From the NCBI RefSeq assembly GCF_006345805.1, contig NC_043000.1, forward strand, positions 9,300,001-9,364,000: a stretch of 64,000 bases of DNA. The letters are read 5' to 3'. Below are positions 12,803-23,903 of the stretch, piece after piece. The first letter of the stretch is position 1; the number at the start of each line of letters is the position of its first letter. A model generated the notes under the pieces. That model was not told the origin of the DNA, made no database searches, and was given only the letters and a program-made list of their open reading frames with translations. This DNA is from Octopus sinensis (taxonomy: Eukaryota). Position numbers and translations under genes: made by a program.

Positions 12803-13084
12803 AAAAAAGGAAATGAAGAAAATGCTGACAAAATAATTTAAGTAATTTAATTAGGTGAAGTTCTTTTTACCGGTTGCGCATTTGTTATGCTTATCAAAAG
12901 ATTAGAGTTCCTTTCTGATAGATTTTTTCCTCTTATCTCTTTCCAGATAAGAGGAAAAAAATCTATCAGAAAGGAACTCTAATCTTTTGATAAGCATAAC
13001 AAATGCGCAACCGGTGAAAAGAACTTTCATCTAATTAAATTACTTAAATTATTTTGTCAGCATTTTCTTCATTTCCTTTTTTAT
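12801..13084. repeat. near-perfect hairpin (arms of about 138 bp, 6-nt loop) with a variant HHR-like motif in each arm
   Basis: Arms are 12801-12938 and 12945-13084, loop ctttcc. Motif TTGATAA-gcat-aacaa-atgc-GCAA-ccgg-T(G/A). Confidence 0.9.
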
Positions 13085-13699
13085 ATATCACAACTCGTGT
13101 TCCACATCTCCTTTTTTAAATATATATATGTATATATATATATGCATGTATGTATGTATGCATGTTTATACACATATTAATATTTAAATATTTAAATCAT
13201 AATTGTATTTTTAAATTACGTCTTACTTATTTTTTTCTTTTGTATGTATGAATGAGCGGTCACCGGAGTGAAAGTTGATCACTTTATAGAGTGTTTAGGT
13301 GTCTGGAATTGGATAGCTTACATCATGGGCAGGTAGAAGCTCTTTAACATTGATTAAAGGAAATCTCCGAAATGAAACCTGAGGCCTTGGAAGTTTCTAG
13401 CTTTGTCAATTTTCGTGTCACACCGGCGAAACTCTTCTTGGGTCAATAAATGAGGGTAGTGCAATGCAAGCTACACTCACTGAAAATTATTTATCTGCGC
13501 ATGTGCTTCTTGTACACCAAATCTTAGTAAAATCATTGAATTGGTTGGTTGGAAGAAGCCAAAAATGCGCTTGTAACTTAATCTAAAATGTCTCAAGCAG
13601 ATTCAGTAAATCGCAAAAAAGGCTTGGGAACGTCAGAGAACAGTTCTGATTCGGCAGATGTCCCAGTGTACCACAGGCTTGGCCCGGTCGTCATCTTGC

Positions 13700-14095
13700 C
13701 ACTATGGTCAAACAATCTTCAAAAAGCTGTAAAAATAAACATTCTCTGAATTTTGGTTGTTGGAATGTGCGCGCACTTCTTGATGATAACTTCAACAAGA
13801 GGCCACAAAGACGTACTGCACTTATTGCATGTGCGCTTTAAAAAATGTTCCCTTAATACAGTTGCACTCTCTGAAACTCGTCTCTTTGATGAGGGTCAAA
13901 TAAATGAACCTACATATGGATATACTATCTTCTGGAGAAGCCTACCTGAGGGTCAGCGTAGAGAAGCTGGTGTTGGATTTGATCTCAAGAATTCATTAGT
14001 ATCTTCTATTGCAGAATTTCCAAGTGGTATATCTGAACGAACCGTGTCATGCGTATAAAACTGGCAAAAGATAGGTTTCTTACCGTTTATACACC
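13700..14095 (+). mobile_element. RTE-clade LINE fragment (AP endonuclease N-terminus)
   Basis: GCWNVRTLLD..RPQRRTALIA (frameshift) VALSETRLFDEGQINE..GYTIFW..RREAGVGF..GISER. Confidence 0.8.
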
Positions 14096-14134
14096 TGTCT
14101 CCGTCTTCTGTTTTTCTGTAATTTTCAGCTATAT

Positions 14135-14177
<43 letters not shown>

Positions 14178-14189
14178 GGTGTATGTATT

Positions 14190-14402
14190 TGTGTGTCTGT
14201 ATTTGCCCACCCCCCACTATCGCTTGACAACCGATGTTGGTGTATTTACGTCCCTGTAACTTAGCGGTTCGGAAAAAGATACCGATAGAATAAGTACTAG
14301 GCTTACAAAGAATAATTCCTGGAGTCGATTTGTTCGACAAAAGGCGATACTCCAGCATGGCCGCAGTCCAATGATTGAAACAAGTAAAAGAAATAAAAGA
14401 AA
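14190..14402 (+). mobile_element. SINE family A, 3' half
   Basis: cgcttgacaaccgatgttggtg..ccgatagaataagtactaggc..ctccagcatggccgcagtc..gaaacaagtaaaag. Confidence 0.85.
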
Positions 14403-14568
14403 CATATATATACATAGATATAGGTATATATGTGAGTGTATATATATATATATTTAGATATGTTTGTATAAATATATATACACACACATGTATATACACA
14501 CATATATATATACATACATATATATAAATAAATATAAATCAAAATTAAAAACACAACAATTTAATGTA

Positions 14569-14599
<31 letters not shown>

Positions 14600-15089
14600 T
14601 TGTGTATGTATGTATGTATGTATGTATGTATGTATGTATGTATGTATGTATGTATGTATGTATTATGTATGTATGTATGTATGTATGTATGTATATAGCG
14701 TGTCCCATAAATAGGGTTACAGTATAAGCACTCTACAGGAAAAAAATCTGCTTTTATGAAGACTGAGAGAGTAACATCTGCATGTATTTGAATTATAGTG
14801 TATAATCAGGTGTATGCGGAGGTGTGGGCTTGTTTGTTTGTTTGTATGGTGTTTATAGGCGCGCGCTGTGTGTTGTGAGTGCGTGTGTGTGTGTGTGCTT
14901 GAGTTTTTTTTTTGGTAGCTATGTTGTGTTCTGTATGAGTGTATGTTGTGTGTGACTGTTGTGTGTATGTTTGTTTGTATGTCTATGTGAATGTGTTTGC
15001 GTGTGTGTGTGTGTAAGCATTTATCATGTTAAACCACTGTAAAAGGTGAAAACTGTCATGTTCGGATTGGCAGAGAACAAGAATAACCA

Positions 15090-15434
15090 GCGGCAACAAC
15101 AAAGCTACTCCATCACGCCATCACCATCACCATCATCAGTATCAACATCATCATCGTTTTCGCGGCTATCATTTTCACCACCACCACCACCACCATTTCC
15201 ATCATCATCATCACCACACCGTCAATCGCCATCGTCGTCGTCATTATCTTCATCATCATCATCATCATCATCTCCAACATTATCACTACCAATATTTACT
15301 ATCAGAATCACCACCGCCACCACCACTACTATCATCATCATCATCATCATCCTCAGCACTCGACCCATCATCAGCATCAGCATCATCATTGTCGTCGCTA
15401 CTATCATTTTCACCACCAACACCACTACCATTTT

Positions 15435-15465
<31 letters not shown>

Positions 15466-15800
15466 ATCATCATCATCATCATCATTTTCATCCACAGCAC
15501 TAGTATCACCAACAGCAGTCATACATCGACACCAATAACAAATTCATATCAGTTATGTCAGAACTGGAAATTCTGAAATTTCTCTGAGGACATATGTTAA
15601 TTTTTGAAGGAAAGAGGGTAGAGAAAGTGTGTGAGAAAGAGAGGGAGAGAGAGAGGGGGAGGATGGAGATGGAAAGAGGGAAGGGAGAGGTGGAGAGGAA
15701 GAGAAAGAGAGAAGGAAAGAAGGAAGGAGAAATAGATGGAGAGAAAAGAGAAACGGGTGGAGGGAAATGAGAAACGGGTGGAGGGACGGGGAAAAGATGT
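15090..15800. repeat. (CAT)n/(CAC)n/(CTC)n trinucleotide and purine-rich low-complexity tract
   Basis: Direct inspection. Confidence 0.85.
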
Positions 15801-16377
15801 CAGATAACAAGGAAATAAGAATTTCGCTAAAATCGTTAGAAAACATTTAAAACAAAAAACACCACAGAATAAAGGCAAAAAAAAACAGTAAATAGCATAG
15901 AATAAAATGAAATACAAAAGCATATTTTTATTGAAATTAATTCAATTTCAAAGTTGAATGGATTATATGTCAAAATCAAAACCTTAAGACGTAAACAGTT
16001 TTGAGAAATTTTAGCAAAATTGATTTTAAATTATATTGCTGGGTTTGAAACGTAATTGTTCTTGATGATGTTGTTGTTGTTATTTTTGTTATTGTTACTG
16101 CTGCTTCGGCTTAGCTCCAGGTGACGCCTGAGTAAGCAGACATATGATTAAACTTGTTCCATTTGTGGCCATCACTTCAAATATATTTAGGCCAGCACTT
16201 TTCAACCCTTTCTACTGCAGAGACTTTTTGTTTCACATAATGGCTTTTTACAAACGCCCGTCCGAACGATTTGCCTGGACAGGTGTCTTCTACTATAGCT
16301 TCGGGTCGACCAAAGCCTTGTGAGTGGGTTTGGTTGACGGAAACTGAAAGAAGCCCATTGTGTGTATATATATATAT

Positions 16378-17313
16378 AAATTTAAAAATTGAGGGAGATA
16401 AATTAATATTAATTTTAATATCAATTTAAAACCAGTAGTCCAGCATTCAAAAAATCTGAGGAGTCAGAGAAAATTCAAATATATGTGTATATTAGCAGAG
16501 CTGGCCTGCTAGGTAGCCGGCCAGGATGCTACAAGAAGATCATAAACGATCAAACTACAAGGGAAATTCTCTAGAGGAAGAATTCAGCGAACACCAGAAC
16601 ACCAAAAATCTGAGGAGTCAGAGAAAATTCAAATATATGTGTATATTGTTGGTTCTGGTGTTCACTGAATTCTTCCTCTAGAGAATTTCCCTTGTAGTTT
16701 GATCGTTGATGATCTTCTTCTAGTATTCTGGCCGGCTACCTAGCAGGCCAGCCCTGCCAATATACACATATATTTGAATTTTCTCTGACTCCTCAGATTT
16801 TTTGAATGCTGGACTACTGGTTTTAAATTGATATTAAAATTAATATTAATTTAACTCCCTCAATTTTTAAATATTTAAATAAATACGTTCCCTAGTTGTA
16901 AGCACTATCCGCAGTGAATTATTCACTGCAGCCCTTCGCTTCAGGAGTCTCTCAGCGCGCCAGAACCAAGACATTTGAAATTTTATTCCCGATGTAATCA
17001 GTAAGACTAAGCACGTGTCTGTCTTGACACAGAGAGCTGGGGTTAGTCTTTCAGTTTGCATCACGAGGACCGAATGTGCTGAAGAAGTCACGGACACTTG
17101 AATTATGCAAGTAATTCTTTTGTTAAGACCGAAACCGAGGTATGCATTTAAGTCTGTTATTTATTTAATTTTTCATATGTCCTGCCCGCCAAAGTTGGTT
17201 CTGGTGTTCGCTGAATTCCTCCTCTAGAGAATTTCCCTTGTAGTTTGATCGTTGATGATCTTCTTCTAGCATTCTGGCCGGCTACCTAGCAGGCCAGCCC
17301 TGCCAATATATAC

Positions 17314-17315
<2 letters not shown>
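16378..17315 (+). mobile_element. non-coding retrozyme-like element (inverted copy + 1.2 tandem copies of a 546-nt monomer)
   Basis: 16378-16600 is the reverse complement of about 16651-16873. gttggttctggtgttc recurs at 16648 and 17194. One HHR per monomer. Confidence 0.8.
17072..17149 (+). ncRNA. type I hammerhead ribozyme
   Basis: gaatgtg-CTGAAGA-agtc..gacc-GAAA-ccgagg-TA-tgcattt. Stem I is 7 bp with G.U pairs; GUA cleavage falls after 17142. Confidence 0.8.
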
Positions 17316-17368
<53 letters not shown>

Positions 17369-17594
17369 TGTCTTTGTGTCTGTGTTTGTTCCCCACCCTC
17401 ACTATCGCTTGACAACTGATGTTGGTGTATTTATGTCCGCTAGCGGTTCGGCAAAAGACACCGATAGGATAAGTCCTAGGCTTACAAAAAATAAGCCCTG
17501 GAGTCGATTTCTTTGACTAAAACCCTTTAAGACAGTGCTCCAGCATAACCGCAGTCAAATGACTGAAACGCGTAAAAGAATAAAATTTTAAAAT

Positions 17595-17985
17595 TCCAAT
17601 TTTGGTACAAGGCCAGCAATTTTAAGCGAGGGGATAAGTCGTTAAACCGACCCCAGTACTTTGACTGATACTTTACTTTATCGATCGTGGAAGGATGAAA
17701 ATAAATTTGAGCTCGGTGGAATTTGAACTCATAACCCGAAGACAGACAAAATGACTCTAAGCTTTTGTTCAGTGTGCACGCTGCCTTAATAATAATGATA
17801 ACAATGATGATGATGATGATGATGACGAAAACAGCAACAATCTTTTCTACTCTAGGCACAAGGCCCGAAATTTAGGGGGAGGGCAGCAGACGATTAGAAC
17901 GACCCCAGTGCGCAACTGGTACTAAATTTATCGACCCCGAAAGGATGAAAGGCAAAGTCAACCTCGGCAGAATTCGAACTCAGAA
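17595..17985 (-). mobile_element. SINE family B (Nin/Deu-like core), two partial copies
   Basis: Reverse complement of gactttgcctttcatcctttcggggtcgataaa..agtaccag. Confidence 0.75.
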
Positions 17986-17987
17986 GC

Positions 17988-18072
<85 letters not shown>

Positions 18073-18097
18073 TAATAATAATAATAATATAATAATA

Positions 18098-20139
18098 AGG
18101 ATTGACTATAAAAAGGCCTTCGACAGTATACCGCATCCATGGATCTTGAGATCGCTGGACATCTTCAAAATTTCCCCTGTGATTTCAAACTTCCTGAAGC
18201 ACAATATGTCGTTGTGGAATACGAATCTCCAATTATACCACTCTAATGGAGTACTTGCCTCAGAAAATATAAACATCAACTGTGGAATTTTTCAAGGTGA
18301 CTCACTTTCACCTTTAATATTCTGCATAGCCCTAATACCCCTTACAAGTGAATTAAACAGAACAGGGTATGGGTATAAAATTGCCAATAAAAAAATAAGC
18401 CATCTATTTTATATGGATGACTTAAAACTTTATGGTAAAGACAATAATGAACTTGAAGGCCTATTGCGCACCGTGAAATCATTCAGCGATGACATCGGGA
18501 TGGAGTTTGGACTTGAGAAGTGTGCCAAGGCCACTTTCCAGAAAGGGAAAGTGAAGACCACAAATTCAGTCGTGTTAGATGTTGACACAGTCATAAGAGA
18601 GCTTGAGCAAGAACAAACATACAAATATTTAGGGATAAATGAAGGCTCTGGTATTCAGCATGCAAGCATGAAAGAGAAAATCAGGAAGGAATGTTATAGG
18701 AGAGTTCGTGCAGTCCTGAAATCTGAACTAAATGCACGTAACAAGGTGTTAGCTATAAATTCCCTAGCAGTTCCAGTTGTTACTTATAGCTACAATGTGT
18801 TGAACTGGAATATGAGTGAAGTAAAGAATATAGATAGAAAAATACGCAAGCTGCTGAGTTGTAATAGGATGCACCACCCAAAGGCAGACGTAGACCGCCT
18901 TTACCTTCCCAGAGCCCAAGGAGGTCGAGGCCTGATCCAATTTGAACTAGCTTACAAAACAACCACAATTGGACTGGCCAAATATCTCGAAATATCGAAT
19001 GACTGGATGCTAAAGCTCGTGGAAAATCACGAGAGACGAAAGAAGCTTCATTCTTTCATCAAGGAAAGCAAAAAATTTGCTATTGATCTCGTGCAGGATA
19101 CCCAAACTGAACAACCCGAGGGAAGTACGGCAACTATTGCTGCAAAGAAGGTGAAAATGATGGCAATGAAAAAAGCGCACGAGCAATTGGCTGATAGGTG
19201 GGAGGAGAAACCTCTGCACGGCAAATATGTGACCCGCAGCAAACAAGCTGATGTTGACCAGAAGCAAACCCATCAGTGGCTGCGGAGCTCAGGGCTAAAA
19301 GCAGAGAGCGAAGGTTTCATCCTGGCTGCTCAAGAACAAAGCCTATCAACCCGGAACTACCAGGCCAATGTGATGAAAAATGGAGCAGACCCAAAATGTC
19401 GATTCTGCAACGACATGATTGAAACAGTGGACCACCTAATCTCTGGATGTAAAGTCTTAGCACCAGTGGAGTATAAATTAAGACATGACAGAGTTGGCCA
19501 ATACCTCCACTGGCTAATAAGTCGGCATTACAATATCAAAACTGCCGACAAGTGGTATAATCACCACCCTCAGGCTGTAACTGAAGGAGAAAATGTAACC
19601 ATTCTGTGGGACTTTCCAGTACATACAGACCGAACCATCAAGGCCGATAAACCAGATATTGTTGTGAAAGACCAAAACAATAAAGTTTGCTTATTGATCG
19701 ACATGAGCATCCCTTGTGATCATAATATCTCAGCGAAAGAGTTTGACAAGCTCAGAAAATATAAAGACCTACTCATTGAAATTGAGAAAATGTGGCATCT
19801 CAAGGCGGTTACAATACCAGTGATCGTAGGAGCACTAGGAATGATCAAGAAGGGAACCGAAAATTATATGAGAATGATCCCTGGCTTACCATCCCTGCAA
19901 GAAGTGCAAAAGATTGTCTTAACTGGTACATCACACGTATTGAGAAGAGCATTGTCGATGTGAGAACTGTTGCTGCTCATGCATTTTAATTTAACTTTAA
20001 AAAAAAAAAAAAAAAAATTAACGAACTACTGAGTTTGGTTTAATAGCCTACCAATATACACTATGAGTTTCTTTGCCCTAGGAGTCGGGAAGACACCCGG
20101 CAAGAAATGGAAGAAAATTTGAAAGAAGAAAAAAAAAAG
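18098..20139 (+). mobile_element. 5'-truncated R4/Dong-type non-LTR retrotransposon (RT, CCHC, restriction-like endonuclease) inserted in (TAA)n
   Basis: IDYKKAFDS, GIFQGDSLSP, FYMDDLKLY, YKYLG, CRFC..ETVDHLISGC, RHD, KPDIV..LLIDM..K..KY. (TAA)n flanks both sides. Confidence 0.93.
18146..19963 (+). CDS. R4/Dong RT-RLE protein, C-terminal 605+ aa, uninterrupted frame without a true start
   Basis: ORF track; the frame stays open upstream to the truncation point. Confidence 0.8.
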   Translation: MRSLDIFKISPVISNFLKHNMSLWNTNLQLYHSNGVLASENININCGIFQGDSLSPLIFCIALIPLTSELNRTGYGYKIANKKISHLFYMDDLKLYGKDNNELEGLLRTVKSFSDDIGMEFGLEKCAKATFQKGKVKTTNSVVLDVDTVIRELEQEQTYKYLGINEGSGIQHASMKEKIRKECYRRVRAVLKSELNARNKVLAINSLAVPVVTYSYNVLNWNMSEVKNIDRKIRKLLSCNRMHHPKADVDRLYLPRAQGGRGLIQFELAYKTTTIGLAKYLEISNDWMLKLVENHERRKKLHSFIKESKKFAIDLVQDTQTEQPEGSTATIAAKKVKMMAMKKAHEQLADRWEEKPLHGKYVTRSKQADVDQKQTHQWLRSSGLKAESEGFILAAQEQSLSTRNYQANVMKNGADPKCRFCNDMIETVDHLISGCKVLAPVEYKLRHDRVGQYLHWLISRHYNIKTADKWYNHHPQAVTEGENVTILWDFPVHTDRTIKADKPDIVVKDQNNKVCLLIDMSIPCDHNISAKEFDKLRKYKDLLIEIEKMWHLKAVTIPVIVGALGMIKKGTENYMRMIPGLPSLQEVQKIVLTGTSHVLRRALSM

Positions 20140-20151
20140 TAATAATAATAA

Positions 20152-20207
<56 letters not shown>

Positions 20208-20265
20208 TAATAATAATAATAATATAATAAAAATAATAATAATAATAATAATAACAATAATAATA

Positions 20266-20849
20266 TTCACAGACATGACAGAGTTGGAACCTACATACAT
20301 TGGAAGCTATGCCAACATTATGGAATAACAACAGAAAAAAGATGGTATAGGCACACACCAGAAAAGGTCACAGAAAACGAGAAAGCAACCATACTTTGGG
20401 ATATGCCGATACACACAGATAGAGAAATTAAGGCCAACAGACCAGATATAGTTGTCAGAGATCATGAAGAAAAAATTGCTTTCTAATTGATGTATCAATA
20501 CCGGTTGATGACAACGTTTCTCTAAAAGAAATGGAGAAACTCTCAAAATACAAAGACCTGGAAATAGAGGTAATCAGAATGTGGAATCTGAAAACAGAAA
20601 CAATTCCTATCATAGTAGGTGCATTAGGCATGATAAAAAAATATTCAGACAAATACATAACAAAAACACCAGGACTTACAAACACATATAACATACAGAA
20701 AATTGCACTACTAGGCACTGCACACATCCTACGCAGAACACTTTCCATACAATAACCATCAGAGCATCACAACAAATCACAGCACATACCCAAGGCACAC
20801 AGAGCTGCGCTCGGTAGTGAAGTGAAAGCACGCTATAAAAATACAACTA

Positions 20850-20853
<4 letters not shown>
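20266..20853 (+). mobile_element. second R4/Dong-type 3' fragment (different subfamily) in (TAA)n
   Basis: RHDRVG..ILW..KANRPDIVV..EKLSKYKDLEIEV..IPIIVGALG..IQKIALLGTAHILRRTL*. Confidence 0.9.
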
Positions 20854-20924
<71 letters not shown>

Positions 20925-20927
<3 letters not shown>

Positions 20928-21550
20928 CCTTTCAGTTATAGTCACAAGGCATGAAACGGGAAGGGGAGTACTCGATTACATCGACCCTAGTATTGGACTG
21001 GTACTTTTTTCATTGACCACGAAAGGCAAAGTCGACCCCGATGGAATTTGAACTCAGAACGTAAAGACGGACGAAATGCTGCTAAGAAATTTTCCCGACT
21101 TAATGATAATAATGATCTCTTCTACAAAAAGTACAAGACCTGAAATTTTGGGGGAGAGGACTTGTCGATTATACCGACCCTCGGTGTTTCACTGGTACTA
21201 ACTTTATCGACCCCGAAAGGATGGAAGTCGACTTCAGCCGAATTTGAACTCAGAACGTAAAAACGGACCAAATACCGCTAAGCATTTTGCCTGGCGCGCT
21301 AACGATTCTGCCAGCTCACCACCTTAATAATAATCCTTTCTACTATAGGCACAAGGCCTGAACGTTTTTAGGGGAGGAGACTAATTGATTACATCGACCC
21401 AAGTGTTTCACTAGTACTTAATTTGTCGAACCCGAAAGGATGAAAGGCAAAGTCGACCTCGGCGAAATTTGAACTCAGACCGTAAAGAGGGACCAAATGC
21501 TGCTAAGCATTTCGCCCGGAGCGCAACCGATTCTGCCAACTCGCCGCCTT
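20925..21550 (-). mobile_element. cluster of three SINE family B copies
   Basis: Repeated gaaaggatgaaaggcaaagtcgacc..gaatttgaactcagaacgtaaa. Confidence 0.8.
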
Positions 21551-21588
21551 AATAATAATGATAAAGATTATTATGTTGCTGCTGCTGT

Positions 21589-21623
<35 letters not shown>

Positions 21624-22149
21624 ATATTAATCATTCGAAAATTAATTTTGTGCAGTAGTTTATTATTCATATTTTCTCGTCCCAAATTCATATACATACA
21701 TACATACATACATACATACATACATACATACATACATAAATACATACATATGAGATATGTAAGTCACTTCCTAAATGCCAATCTTGAAAAATTAGGCTTC
21801 TCAAAACCAGAAAGGAGAAAGCTGATTTGAGGACTACAGATCGAGGCCATCGCTAGAACTGTATAAATCTGTAAAACTTTCCAGAAGTTCATCATTTAAG
21901 TATATATGAGCATCACTAGATATGCAACTATATGCATGAGAAGGCATACATAAAACAAAACATACAAATCTGCACATATACATACACACACACACGGACA
22001 TACATACATACATACATACATACATACAGACATACATACATATACACACACGCCCACACAACGTACTTAATACACACACATATATATATATTAGAAGAGA
22101 GTCTGCAAACATACCAGCAAAATGTTATGCATAGCTTTATTCCCAGAAA

Positions 22150-22460
22150 GGTTTAAAGTGACGGCTGCCTTGATAATCAGAATAGTCTATTCTAGACAAA
22201 CGACCGAGACATGACTTCTCATTCTGAAGGATATGCTCTTAGAATAGACTGAAAACAGCTGCAAAATACCTCATGCATAAAAAGGATTAGGGCTGCAAAT
22301 AAATTATGCAGATGCGACAACCGATGCAGGTTTTGCAAAATCAGCATTGAGAATATCGCCCATATCATAGGTGGCTGCCCGGAAATGCCCTCATGGTATT
22401 ACCAACCTCTGAGACTTGTTGTTGTGTCTAGAACACTATATAATGAAATCCACAGAAAGA
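22150..22460 (+). mobile_element. old RLE-LINE (R4-like) zinc-finger relic
   Basis: DNRCRFCKISIENIAHIIGGCPEMPSWYYQPLRL at about 22315-22418. Confidence 0.65.
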
Positions 22461-22520
22461 ATATTCCATGTGAGGCAAACCGAAAAAGTTACGGTTTTGT
22501 GGAGGGTATAATCACATATG

Positions 22521-22770
22521 TGGAGTCGCGTGGTTTAGTGGTTAGGGTGTCAGCATCATGACCGTAAGATTGTGGTTTCGATTCCTGGACCGGGCGACGC
22601 GTTGTGTTCTTGAGCAAAACACTTCATTTCACGTTGCTCCAGTCCACTCAGCTGGCAAAAATGAGTAACGCTGCAATGGACTGGCGTCCCATCCAGCTAG
22701 GGAACACATACGCCATTGAAACCAGGAAACCGGGGCCCATGAGCCTGGCTAGGTTTTAAAAGGACGCATT
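22521..22770 (+). mobile_element. tRNA-derived SINE (family C-related tail)
   Basis: A box tggtttagtgg, B box ggtttcgattcc, core ttgagcaaaacactt..ctccagtccactcagctg. The tail atggactggcgtccc..gggcccatgagcctggct is shared with 47522-47806. Confidence 0.8.
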
Positions 22771-23182
22771 TATTTTATTTTTTATAATCCCATATAATTC
22801 CGGAAGAAAACTGGTTGAATAGTCCACTCCATAAAATTAAAGCATATCAAATTAGATATAATTATATGGGACAGGGAAAAGAGACAATGTAACTAAGCAG
22901 AATAATTTAAATAACTGATGAGAAACCTACAGTTATCCCATTCAGACTATAACGCAATTTGCTAGATGGCTCACTGCCTCACTCAGTATGAAGGTTGAGA
23001 AGCTGGGATTCACATAACCAGTTTGAACACGGCTAATAAGAAGTTTACATCTACAAGCTGTCAAATGCAGTTAATACAGGTCAAAGCATTCATTAGTTTC
23101 AACATATGTAATGCCATCCGTGCTGCATCCATAAGTGCATGTGCACATACATATGTATACGCATAAATGTATATATGCATGC

Positions 23183-23214
<32 letters not shown>

Positions 23215-23215
23215 A

Positions 23216-23435
23216 CGAGGGAGTGCTGAAAAGTTCCTCGTTTTATGTGTATCACGAAAGGCTTGGCTTGAGGTCCAACTTCCCGAGTTCTTTTACAGGG
23301 CTTAGGAAAACTGAAGAATCGCCGCAATAAGTGTGTGAATCTGTGAGGGAAATATGTTGAATAAAATCATTATTAACTGATCTTCCTGTATTTTTTTCAT
23401 CTAAAGCCTGGAAAGCTTCAGCCCCCACCACCTCG
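23216..23435. mobile_element. mariner-derived MITE
   Basis: TA-cgagggagtgctgaaaagttcc..degenerate right end; same family as 53133-53316. Confidence 0.7.
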
Positions 23436-23484
23436 TGTATGTGTGTATATATATATATACTTTACTTTTACTTACTTACTTACT

Positions 23485-23903
23485 TTTACTTGTTTCAGTC
23501 ATTGGACTGCGGCCATGCTGGAGCACCGCCTTTAGTCGAGCAAATCGACCCCGGGACTTATTCTTTGTAAGCCCAGTACTTATTCTATCGGTCTCTTTTT
23601 GCCGAACCGCTAAGTGACGGGGACGTAAACACACCAGCATCGGTTGTCAAGCAATGCTAGGGGGACAAACACAGACACACAAACACACACATATATATAT
23701 AATATATATAATATATATATATATATATATACATATACACGACGGACTTCTTTAAGTTTCTGTCTACCAAATCCACTCACAAGGCTTTGGTCGGCCCGAG
23801 GCTATAGTAGAAGACATTTGCCCAAGATGCCACGCAGTGGGACTGAACCCGGAACCATGTAGTTCATAAGCAAGCTACTTACCACACAGCCACTCCTGCG
23901 CCT
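23485..23903 (-). mobile_element. SINE family A, full-length
   Basis: Head aggcgcaggagtggctgtgtggtaag..ggttccgggttcagtcccac, internal (TA)n, tail ggcggtgctccagcatggccgcagtc..gaaacaagtaaaag. Confidence 0.9.

Larger units (their letters stand above)
16274..17585 (+). mobile_element. SINE family A split at its internal (TA)n by the HHR element 16378-17315
   Basis: The 5' half (..ggaaactgaaagaagccc) is at 16274-16360 and the 3' half (gtctgtgtttgt..gactgaaac) is at 17375-17585. Confidence 0.8.

Noticed and set aside
15046-15576. Ser/Pro/Ile-rich 176-aa ORF and antisense poly-D/E and poly-M ORFs
   Set aside because: Trinucleotide low-complexity sequence with no domain.
20925-21550. Regularly recurring motif that could suggest a CRISPR-like array (also 49465-50060)
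   Set aside because: Adjacent SINE copies of about 200 bp; no constant short repeat with unique spacers, no cas genes, and a eukaryotic context.
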